Shown one piece after another: positions 56,258-64,000 of a stretch of DNA of 64,000 bases (positions are counted from its first letter, which is position 1; every line of letters starts with the position of its first letter). The notes under the pieces are model-generated. The model saw only the letters and a list, made by a program, of their open reading frames with translations, was not told the DNA's origin and did not search any database. The translations under genes and the position numbers were made by a program. Source of the DNA: Nitrospinaceae bacterium (lineage in GTDB: Bacteria; Nitrospinota; Nitrospinia; Nitrospinales; Nitrospinaceae); contig OZ250172.1 in the NCBI GenBank assembly GCA_965237905.1, positions 1,632,001-1,696,000 of the forward strand. Reading direction: 5' to 3'.

Positions 56258-57331
56258 CTATAAAAATTCCGGCGGCTCTTTCAGGAATTGGACAAACCGT
56301 TCTTTGACGATGGACTTGTCATAGGCGTCTTCCGGGCTGATTTTCTTGGCCTGCATGGCTTCCAGTATGGCGTCGTCCAAAGACTGCATGCCGTATTTTT
56401 TACCGGTCTGAATCACTGAGGGAATCTGGAAAGTCTTTCCCTCACGAATCAGGTTGGATGTCGCCGGAGTGACCACCAGAATTTCCAGGACCGCGATCCG
56501 GCCTTTCTTGTCGATCCGCTTGAACAGGTTCTGGGCCACTACTCCTTTTAAACTCTCAGACAGAGTGGTGCGAATTTGTGCTTGCTGGTTCGCAGGGAAT
56601 ACGTCGATCACACGATCCACGGTTTTGGCAGCGCTCTGAGTATGCAGAGTGCCGAAGACCAAGTGACCCGTGGAGGCCGCTTCCAATGCCAGTTCGATGG
56701 TTTCCAGATCCCGCATTTCACCGACCAGAATGATGTCCGGGTCTTCACGCAGAGCACCCCGCAACGCGGCTTTAAAACTTTGCGTGTGCATGCCCACCTC
56801 GCGATGGTTGACCACACAGCCCTGGCTTTTATGAACAAACTCGACAGGATCTTCAACGGTGAGGATATGGGACTTTTTATTCCGGTTGACATAGTCCATC
56901 ATCGCCGCCAGAGTGGTGGACTTACCGCTACCGGTGGGCCCCGTCACCAAAACCAATCCTTTGTGTAACATCGCCAGCTTATTGAGCACGGGCGGCAAAC
57001 CCAACTGCTCCGCCGTCAGAATTTCACTGGGAATTTCACGGAAAACCGCACCGATGCCCCACTTCTGCTGAAACAAGTTGCACCGGTAGCGGGCAAGATT
57101 GGGAACTTCGTAACCAAAATCGATGTCTCCCGTTTCTTCAAACACCTTGATTTTGTTTTCCGGACAAATCTCATAAAGAATGGCCTTCAGTTCGTCATTC
57201 TCCATGAGTTTGTATTTGACCCGTTCCAGTTCCCCATGAACGCGCAATATAGGTTGAGAACCGGAAACCAGGTGGAGGTCGGATGCCCCCTGATCATTCA
57301 TCAATTTAAAAAATGCGTCAATTTTTGCCAT
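56258..57331 (-). CDS. pilT: Type IV pilus retraction ATPase
   Basis: GASDLHL; GPTGSGKSTT; LREDPDIILVGEMRD; ATSNLIRE. Confidence 0.93.
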   Translation of the reverse strand: MAKIDAFFKLMNDQGASDLHLVSGSQPILRVHGELERVKYKLMENDELKAILYEICPENKIKVFEETGDIDFGYEVPNLARYRCNLFQQKWGIGAVFREIPSEILTAEQLGLPPVLNKLAMLHKGLVLVTGPTGSGKSTTLAAMMDYVNRNKKSHILTVEDPVEFVHKSQGCVVNHREVGMHTQSFKAALRGALREDPDIILVGEMRDLETIELALEAASTGHLVFGTLHTQSAAKTVDRVIDVFPANQQAQIRTTLSESLKGVVAQNLFKRIDKKGRIAVLEILVVTPATSNLIREGKTFQIPSVIQTGKKYGMQSLDDAILEAMQAKKISPEDAYDKSIVKERFVQFLKEPPEFL

Positions 57332-57337
57332 AGAGGG

Positions 57338-58324
57338 TTAATTCAGCTGTTCTGCGTTAACGGTTAGGTTTCGAATTACATTGTCCGGACTTTCCGGCAA
57401 ATCCAACTGCTGATCATTCAAGATCAATTGGGTGGCCCGCCGGTTGCCAATGGTCATCACGATCGCGTTTTTTGCCTGGATCGTTTTAGACCCACCCGGC
57501 GGCAAAATGAAATCCTGATCACGTTGATCATCGACCCTCAGGTTAAACCACGAATTCTCGTTCACCTGGATCACCAGTTTTAACGATGAATCCCCCATAG
57601 CTACCTCAGTAGCGGGTTCCATCAGCATCGGAACTGTTTGATCTTGAAGGTCTTTAATTATAACATCTTTTTCAGGAACTGTAACTGTATTTTTAATAGA
57701 CTCTTTGACCCCTGTGGCCTCGGCGGAAGCATTATCTGAGTTCACCTTTACCGGGGGTTCTGACGACCCGGCGGTATCCGTCTGGTTGGATTCGGGGGCG
57801 GGACCCGCTTCTGAAAGCGAGGCGCTTGCTTCCTCTGAAGCAGTGGATCCGGCCTCGCCTTCAATCTCTGGCAAACTGTTATCGATCATCGTTGGGGTTG
57901 CCAACCGGGTCTGCTCGGATTGCCCTGCATTATCAACATTTTCGGAGGTGATCCAGTAAACTCCACCAACAATAATCAATAACGTCGCCCCAAACCCTAG
58001 AATAGCCTTCATCGGGTACTCGAAGTGGCGTTCGGAGGGTTCCTCGGGAAGGGATATGGCAGTATGAGAGGTTTCGGTGTCTTGGCGCTTACTGCTGGAT
58101 TCATGGTAGGCCGCCAACAATTCGTCCACATTCGACCCTATTGCCTGGCCATAAGACCGGATAAACCCCTTAATAAACACTTCCCCCGGCAGATCCTCGA
58201 ACCGGCTTTCCTCGAGAGCCCGAAGAAAACGAATGCTGATTTTAGTGGATTGAGCGATCTCGTCCAGCGGAACCCCACGCAGTTCTCTCTCATGCTTTAA
58301 ATAGGATCCAAAATCTTCAGACAT
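57338..58324 (-). CDS. rodZ: RodZ-like protein (HTH, TM, DUF4115-like domain)
   Basis: FGSYLKHERE; TKI..RFL.ALE; LPG.VF.KGFIRSY; single TM; SWFNLRVD; IGN. Confidence 0.85.
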   Translation of the reverse strand: MSEDFGSYLKHERELRGVPLDEIAQSTKISIRFLRALEESRFEDLPGEVFIKGFIRSYGQAIGSNVDELLAAYHESSSKRQDTETSHTAISLPEEPSERHFEYPMKAILGFGATLLIIVGGVYWITSENVDNAGQSEQTRLATPTMIDNSLPEIEGEAGSTASEEASASLSEAGPAPESNQTDTAGSSEPPVKVNSDNASAEATGVKESIKNTVTVPEKDVIIKDLQDQTVPMLMEPATEVAMGDSSLKLVIQVNENSWFNLRVDDQRDQDFILPPGGSKTIQAKNAIVMTIGNRRATQLILNDQQLDLPESPDNVIRNLTVNAEQLN

Positions 58325-58325
58325 A

Positions 58326-59120
58326 TTATTTTTTTACGGACAATGTATTTAAGATTTTCTGCGAAGCCCTGGCCTGTTCACTCAAAGGTTCCAAATGGAT
58401 GACTTCACTAAAATGCTCCTTGGCCTTCCTAAATTTGTTACGTTTGTAGTAGATCTCGCCTAATGCAAAATGAGCGCTGGGCAACTTGGGGTTCATCTCC
58501 AACGCCTTCAGAAGAGAGGCTTGAGCCAAGTCCAGACGATTTCCTTCTTTGTAAATCAGCGCCAAATTCAAACGAACCTTGTCGTTGTCATTAATGTCCA
58601 ACGCCCTCAGCCAGGCCTTTTCTGCCTTGGACAGATCACCTTTCCGGTATTCACTGTAGGCCAGCCAATTATAAAGTTAAACGGGGTTGATCACATTGGG
58701 TTGATTCAAAGCCTGCATCAAATAATGAGTTGCATCGTTCCACTGGCCTTTCTGCATATACAATCGGCCCAGCATACGATAGGTGACCGTATATTGCGGA
58801 TCGGCTTTAATAGCGCTCAGGTACATTTTTTCAGCTTTATCAAGCTTCTCGTCTTTAAAATAGGCATCGCCCAGCCCGAGCCGATAGAGGGGTTCTTTCG
58901 GCGCCATCCGGATCGCCTCCATCAGTTTTTTGTATTTTTCTTTCTTCGAATTCCCGGGGTTTTGAGATTCTTCATACTTCAGCTGGGCCATAAGTCTTTT
59001 TTCTCCGGAACTGGTAGCGCAACCTCCTGACAACACGAGGAGTCCTGCTAAAACTGAAAGCGGGAACCAGATTCTCAATGGCAAAGCATTTTGGGAATGT
59101 GTATTCATAGATTTCCTCAT
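58326..59120 (-). pseudogene. PilF/PilW-like TPR lipoprotein interrupted by in-frame TAA at 58677-58679
   Basis: Lipobox-like LSGGC; TPR pattern continues in frame (NPV*LYNWLAYSEYRKGD...); directly upstream of rodZ. Confidence 0.75.
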
Positions 59121-59306
59121 ATTTGATATAAATAAATTAGATCAATTATATCAAATACTTAATAATATACAACCAATTCGAGGTACAGGTTGTGGAAATG
59201 TAAATATGATAATAGATTAACCGAAAATCCGGAAGGGGTGGAAATAAATTTTAAAGAAAAAACTCGCAGGGGAGTTCCCGAAAAAATAGCCCATACAAAC
59301 AAAAAT

Positions 59307-59332
59307 GCCCTCCCCATTTTGAAGGGGAGGGC
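59307..59332 (-). terminator. Terminator after hpnH
   Basis: GCCCTCCCC / GGGGAGGGC stem with T-rich tail on the minus strand. Confidence 0.6.
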
Positions 59333-59362
59333 TCATAATTCAATCGGCAATAAATTGGAGAT

Positions 59363-60370
59363 TTACGTCAAAACCGTCTTCGCGGAATAGATCATGTTCT
59401 GTAGCCCGTTGATGGAATCTTCCACCGCAGTGGCCTCATAACCGCAATGAGCCGTGCAGTCTTTACACTTTTCATGATTGCGATGGCCGTACTTTTCCCA
59501 TTCCGTCTCGTCCATCAGCTCCTGGAACGATTCCGCGTAACCTTCATCCAGCAGGTAACAGGGCTTCTGCCACCCCAGAACCGAATAGCTGGGATTGCCC
59601 CAGGGCGTGCAATCGTAATCGCGTTTGCCTTCCAGAAATTCGAGGTAAAAAGGGGAATGGTTGAAATTCCAGCGGCCGTTATCGTTTTTCGCCAATAACT
59701 CTTTGAAAAATTCCTGGGTCCGTTCCCGGCCGAAAAAATTATTCTGCGTAGGCGCATCCGGGTATTGAAAGGCGGAAGCCACCGTCATCCCGTCGATGTT
59801 CAAAGGCTGAACATGGTCGAGAAATTTTTCGGCTTCCTCCACCGTCACCCCGTCAAAAAACGTGGTGTTGGTAGTAACGCGAAACCCTTTTTGTTTGGCC
59901 AGTTTGATGGCGTCAATGGCTTTGTCGTACACGCCTTCTTCCGCACAGATATGATCGTGATGTTCCTGCATACCGTCGAGATGAATGGAGAACGTCAGGA
60001 GCGAGGTTTTGGGCATCTGGTCGATATAGCGGTCCAGTAACAGGGCATTGGTGCACAGATAAACGTAACGGCCCTGATCGACCAATCCCTTGACAATGTC
60101 CACGATCTCGGGATGGATCAGCGGTTCGCCGCCAGCGATCGACACGATCGGGGCGCCGCATTCGTTCGCCGCTTTCATACAGTCCTCAACACTCAGATAT
60201 TTTTTGAGTATCTCGTTGGGCTTCTGGATTTTCCCGCACCCGATACATTCCAGATTGCACCGGAACAACGGCTCCAGCATCAGCACCAGGGGATACTTCT
60301 TGCGCCTCTTCAATTTTTGTTTGAAAAGGTAAAATCCAACTTTAAGCGCTTGCCCTATAGGTATGGCCAT
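59363..60370 (-). CDS. hpnH: Adenosylhopane-forming radical SAM enzyme
   Basis: YPLVLMLEPLFRCNLECIGCGKI; SIAGGEPL; CTPWGNP; GWQKPCYLL; C..C.AHCGYE. Confidence 0.93.
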   Translation of the reverse strand: MAIPIGQALKVGFYLFKQKLKRRKKYPLVLMLEPLFRCNLECIGCGKIQKPNEILKKYLSVEDCMKAANECGAPIVSIAGGEPLIHPEIVDIVKGLVDQGRYVYLCTNALLLDRYIDQMPKTSLLTFSIHLDGMQEHHDHICAEEGVYDKAIDAIKLAKQKGFRVTTNTTFFDGVTVEEAEKFLDHVQPLNIDGMTVASAFQYPDAPTQNNFFGRERTQEFFKELLAKNDNGRWNFNHSPFYLEFLEGKRDYDCTPWGNPSYSVLGWQKPCYLLDEGYAESFQELMDETEWEKYGHRNHEKCKDCTAHCGYEATAVEDSINGLQNMIYSAKTVLT

Positions 60371-60613
60371 ATCTCATCACTTTCAATACATAAATTAGAA
60401 TTCAATAGTTTGATTTAAAAACACCGACTTAAAATCTGTTTGATCGCGCGCTCTAACCTGTTAAAATTCAATCAGGTCAGTTAGTATATACTGAGTCTGT
60501 GAAACCCATCAATAACTTACACATTAAATAAAATTGGGGCCGTGGGAAATAAAGCGATCATCAACCCTGGCAGGTTTTCAATCCCAGGGCGCCTCAAGCT
60601 GAGGAATGACACC

Positions 60614-60811
60614 TTGAAAAAATTTGCCGTCCTGATGGGCCTCATTATTCTTGCCCTTATCATCGACGGAACAATGAGTTACGATATTTTCGATTTCCAC
60701 ACGGAAACGATTAAAGTGTGGCTTGTTGTGGCCCTGATCGTCATTATAGGACTGGTCATCGTGATTGCCGACAGTTCTAAAACAAACAATAATCAGGACA
60801 ACTCCGAGTGA
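60614..60811 (+). CDS. Small two-TM membrane protein
   Basis: TTG start after GAGGA; two hydrophobic helices. Confidence 0.55.
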   Translation: MKKFAVLMGLIILALIIDGTMSYDIFDFHTETIKVWLVVALIVIIGLVIVIADSSKTNNNQDNSE

Positions 60812-61094
60812 TCCTGAACGCCCGCCCCCTTGCTCTCCGATTTCCAGTAACCTCATCAGAAATAAACACTTAATAGGTTGGGTTTTCCAATATAACCTCC
60901 CGGCAGGAATGGAGCAAGGGGTATTTTATACCCCTCCAAACAATTATTTTAAACAGGCTGAATTCAATTGGGAGGATGGCCTATTCGGACAAGGTCGGTT
61001 CCAGCTGATGGTTGGTCACCCGGCCAGCGTGACGGCGTCGAATCGCCGCAGATAAATTTAATACCTTATAAATCGCGCCCAACAATTTTCGCCA

Positions 61095-61251
61095 GCTGTC
61101 AACCGTCAGCAAGTAGCCCCTCCTGCTAAGGAGTTGCCTCCCTCGCTAGAGGGCCGGGCAAGGCCCGGAGCAAACTTTAAACTATGAATTGTGCTCAACG
61201 ATTAACGATGCGATAAAGCTGTCAACCAACTGCCTCCCTCGCTAGAGGGTC
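61095..61251. repeat. Modular palindromic repeat cluster (F twice, B, E)
   Basis: GCTGTCAACC...TGCCTCCCTCGCTAGAGGG twice, reverse-complement match to 11583-11623; GCCGGGCAAGGCCCGG; TGAATTGTGCTC. Confidence 0.75.
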
Positions 61252-62531
61252 ACCCGGCTCAGCAGGGCAAAGGGTTCCACGAGATCGGGACTGGGAATCC
61301 ACACGCACCCGTTGCCGCCATGCGCAACGGAGACTGATTCCCCCTTCTTATTTTCAATGGCTTCGATTTTGAAATAGCGCTGGCCGCCGGGTGAAATGTA
61401 TTCCACCTCGTCGCCCACTTCGATACGGTTTTTGACCTCCACCTCCATCCACCCGCCGTCGCGCTCGCCCTTCACCTGCCCGGCATACACCTGCGGCAAT
61501 TGGTCGTCCTGCGGCGAGTCGAACCGCTCGGTCTCGTGGTCCGCGTTGGGAATAAGGAACGCTGAGGTAAACCCCCGGTTGGCGGTTTTGTTGATTTCCT
61601 CGATCAATTGCGGATCGAACTTCATCCCCTTCGCCATGTCATCAATCGCCCTGCGGTAATTGCGCACCACCACGGACAGATAGTAAATGGTCTTGGAACG
61701 GCCTTCGATCTTGAACGAGCACACCCCGGAATCGCGCAACTGCCTGATAAACTCGATGGCCCGCAGGTCCTTCGAGTTCATGATGTAGGTGCCATACTCG
61801 TCTTCATCGATGGGCATCAACTCGCCGGGACGCTGTTTCTCTTCTATATAATAGTCACCCTGTATAACATCCGGGTTGTGAGTGCTCCGCAGGGGTGCGG
61901 TCTCATCCGCCTGGTTGAACAGATCGTACTCCCAGCGGCAACTGTTGGTGCAGGTGCCCTGGTTGGCGTCGCGGTGATTGAAGTAATTGGACAAGAGACA
62001 CCGCCCGGAGTAGGCGATACAAATCGCGCCATGCACAAAGGACTCCAATTCCATATCCGGCACATGCTGATGAATGTCCTCGATCTCCGTCAGCGACAAC
62101 TCGCGCGACAGGATAATGCGTTGGACGCCCAGCTCCTGCCAGAACTGCACCGACGACCAGTTGATGGTGTTGGTCTGCACCGACAGGTGAACGGGAATCT
62201 CCGGAAACTCTTTCAGCGCGAAGCGGATCATCCCCGGATCGGCCATGATAAAGGCGTCCGGTTTGGCCTCGGCGAAATACGCCAGCGATTTTTGAAACGA
62301 CTCGATCTTGCGGTTGGGCGGCAGGATATTGGCGGTGATGTAAATCTTCTTACCCAGCTGATGCGTCTTTGCGATCGCGTCTCTCAGCGTCGCGTCCTTG
62401 AATGGATTCTCCCGCGCCCGCAGGGAAAACTTCGGAATGCCCGCATACACCGCATCCGCACCATAGGCGAACGCGTAATCCATTTTCTCCGGGCTCCCCG
62501 CCGGAGCCAATAATTCCGGTACCATACTCAT
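61242..62531 (-). CDS. trhP: Peptidase U32-family tRNA hydroxylation protein, TrhP/YegQ-like
   Basis: PELLAPAG; FVHGAICIAYSGRCLLS; RDANQGTCTNSCR; MNSKDL; KIEGR. Confidence 0.85.
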   Translation of the reverse strand: MSMVPELLAPAGSPEKMDYAFAYGADAVYAGIPKFSLRARENPFKDATLRDAIAKTHQLGKKIYITANILPPNRKIESFQKSLAYFAEAKPDAFIMADPGMIRFALKEFPEIPVHLSVQTNTINWSSVQFWQELGVQRIILSRELSLTEIEDIHQHVPDMELESFVHGAICIAYSGRCLLSNYFNHRDANQGTCTNSCRWEYDLFNQADETAPLRSTHNPDVIQGDYYIEEKQRPGELMPIDEDEYGTYIMNSKDLRAIEFIRQLRDSGVCSFKIEGRSKTIYYLSVVVRNYRRAIDDMAKGMKFDPQLIEEINKTANRGFTSAFLIPNADHETERFDSPQDDQLPQVYAGQVKGERDGGWMEVEVKNRIEVGDEVEYISPGGQRYFKIEAIENKKGESVSVAHGGNGCVWIPSPDLVEPFALLSRVTL

Positions 62532-62627
62532 GCATTCCATCCTGTGATTTTCATTCGATGCCCTGATTATATAGAAATGCGCTCAAGAGTAAAACCCTTA
62601 ACCCACTTGATGAAAAGGAGGAGAAAT

Positions 62628-62651
62628 TGTCATCCTGAGCCTGTCGAAGGG
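62628..62651. repeat. Short intergenic repeat TGTCATCCTGAGCCTGTCGAAGGG
   Basis: Reverse-complement match to 12224-12247. Confidence 0.6.
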
Positions 62652-62669
62652 TGACGAAATTCGAAAAAA

Positions 62670-63344
62670 TTACCTTGGACAATCTCTGGCGGGGGTGAAG
62701 CCCATCTGCCGGGCCTGCTGGAGGCTATGGAGGATGAGTGCCTGTTGGGGTCGAGTCCGCCTGTAGTTCTTACAGGCGGGCCAGCGTACGGTTTTGGTGC
62801 GGCGGTGGCCGACAATCCCATAATGAAAAATCCGGTCGTAATCCACCTGGCGGACGGTCACCGGCAAATCCGGAATATGTGATTCGCGGCGGAACTCCCA
62901 CGGCGGGAGCGGTTCCTTCTCCACCCACAAGCCGAGCTTTTTGGTGAACGCATAATGCTCCAGCCTCTGCAGGCGTTGATTCCTGATGGGATTCACCCGG
63001 TAATACCAAGCGAGGCCGGCATGCACCAACTCCTCATTCAGTACTCCTCCGTCCTCGACGATCACTTCCCCGATCCGGCGGTCATGTCGGTCGATCATGG
63101 AAACATTCACCTGCACCCGGCGTCCCAGCACCCTTTGTTCCGTAAACTGGCGCGCCTGTTTGCCGAACACCTGTCCCATCTCCGGCGCATCGACGTCGGA
63201 CAACCGTACCTTATATAAAGAAGGGCCGCTCTGCACCGTCAGCGTATCGCCATCGTGCACCGCCACCACCTGACCCATCAATGGGTTCACAGGCGCGGCC
63301 GCAAGCCACATCGATAACAGAGCCCCTGTGAAATTCATAAACAT
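62670..63344 (-). CDS. Thermonuclease (SNase) family protein with degenerate Ada-like C-terminal domain
   Basis: VHDGDT; VRLSDVDAPE..Q.FG; LNEELV..GLAW; GLW....PPWEFR. Confidence 0.88.
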   Translation of the reverse strand: MFMNFTGALLSMWLAAAPVNPLMGQVVAVHDGDTLTVQSGPSLYKVRLSDVDAPEMGQVFGKQARQFTEQRVLGRRVQVNVSMIDRHDRRIGEVIVEDGGVLNEELVHAGLAWYYRVNPIRNQRLQRLEHYAFTKKLGLWVEKEPLPPWEFRRESHIPDLPVTVRQVDYDRIFHYGIVGHRRTKTVRWPACKNYRRTRPQQALILHSLQQARQMGFTPARDCPR

Positions 63345-63381
63345 CTAACCATTATAAATCACTTGGGAATATAATGGCGGC

Positions 63382-64000
63382 ATGAATATCCTTCTATATG
63401 GTGCGGGGGCGGTGGGACTGGGCCTGGCCTCCTGCCTGTTGAAAGCCGGGGAACAGGTCGACCTGATCGGCCGCAAGGAGACGGTCACCGCGCTCAAACA
63501 AAACGGATTGGAGCGCACCGGCCTCTTCGGTGACTTCACCGCCGCGCCCAAATCCTTCGGGGCGTATTCTTCTTTAAGCGAACTCCCGCAAAACGATTAC
63601 GACTTCATACTGGTCTGCACCAAATCGTTCGACACACGCACCGCGGCGGAACAAGTTGCAAGCCTCCCGTTTCTGAAAAATGCATCGACTGTGTTGTGCC
63701 AGAACGGCTGGGGCAACGCTGAAATCTTCGCCGAACACTTTCCCAAAGAGCGCATCAAAAGCGGGCGCGTGATTACCGGATTCCGCCGTCTGCAAAAACA
63801 TCAGGTCGATATCACTGTGCATGCCGACGCCATTCATTTAGGCTCGTTGTTCGATGACGATGTGTCCGGCCTTGAAAAGTTGAGCGCGGCCATCAGCGCA
63901 GGCGGCATCCCATGCCAAGTGACCTCTACCATCAGCAAAGACCTGTGGGCAAAGATGCTCTACAACTGCATGCTCAACGGACTCAGCACGGTGTTCGATG
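63382..64000 (+). CDS. panE: 2-dehydropantoate 2-reductase, runs off the window end
   Basis: Translated by hand: MNILLYGAGAVG; DFILVCTKSFD; CQNGWG; LWAKMLYNCMLNGL. Confidence 0.9.
   Translation, partial: MNILLYGAGAVGLGLASCLLKAGEQVDLIGRKETVTALKQNGLERTGLFGDFTAAPKSFGAYSSLSELPQNDYDFILVCTKSFDTRTAAEQVASLPFLKNASTVLCQNGWGNAEIFAEHFPKERIKSGRVITGFRRLQKHQVDITVHADAIHLGSLFDDDVSGLEKLSAAISAGGIPCQVTSTISKDLWAKMLYNCMLNGLSTVFD

Noticed and set aside
60917..60935. AGGGGTA-N5-TACCCCT inverted repeat
   Set aside because: It lies between convergent genes, so a promoter role is unsupported; too short to call.
11558..61251. CRISPR array
   Set aside because: The repeats are dispersed and modular, with no regular repeat-spacer period and no cas genes.

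Overview
A 64-kb bacterial chromosomal window, mostly housekeeping. Gene content and style suggest a Nitrospinota or deltaproteobacteria-like organism (inference, not verified). It contains: tRNA-Val, thrS-infC-rpmI-rplT-pheS; a self-contained type II fatty-acid/polyketide-like cluster (ketosynthase, ACP, two phytoene-desaturase-family flavoproteins, FabG, FabZ, FabI); rpsB-tsf-pyrH-frr-uppS-cdsA-dxr-ispF; PPi-type PFK, rimO, recN, gpmA, folD-xseA-xseB-tlyA-dcd; signalling genes (degenerate HD-GYP, HDOD, GAF-sigma54 activator); tRNA-Leu followed by an orphan antitoxin and a pentapeptide-repeat gene; a DEAD-box helicase, amt and a Kef-type antiporter; a PilX-like gene; sigma54-driven fliK-flgD-flgE; a type IV pilus locus (pilF-like, rodZ, pilT, pilU, Zn-ribbon, cNMP-binding, pilC, pilS); hpnH, a U32/trhP gene, a thermonuclease and partial panE. 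The best candidate for an undescribed system is the FAS-II/twin-flavoprotein cluster at 4436-10988, whose ketosynthase has an atypical His-rich pocket. Also notable: a modular family of intergenic palindromic repeats that abut or supply stop codons, several leaderless-type promoters, an AUC start for infC, and three interrupted genes (two homopolymer frameshifts, one in-frame stop) that may be real or assembly errors. No CRISPR array, rRNA, integrase or transposase was seen.
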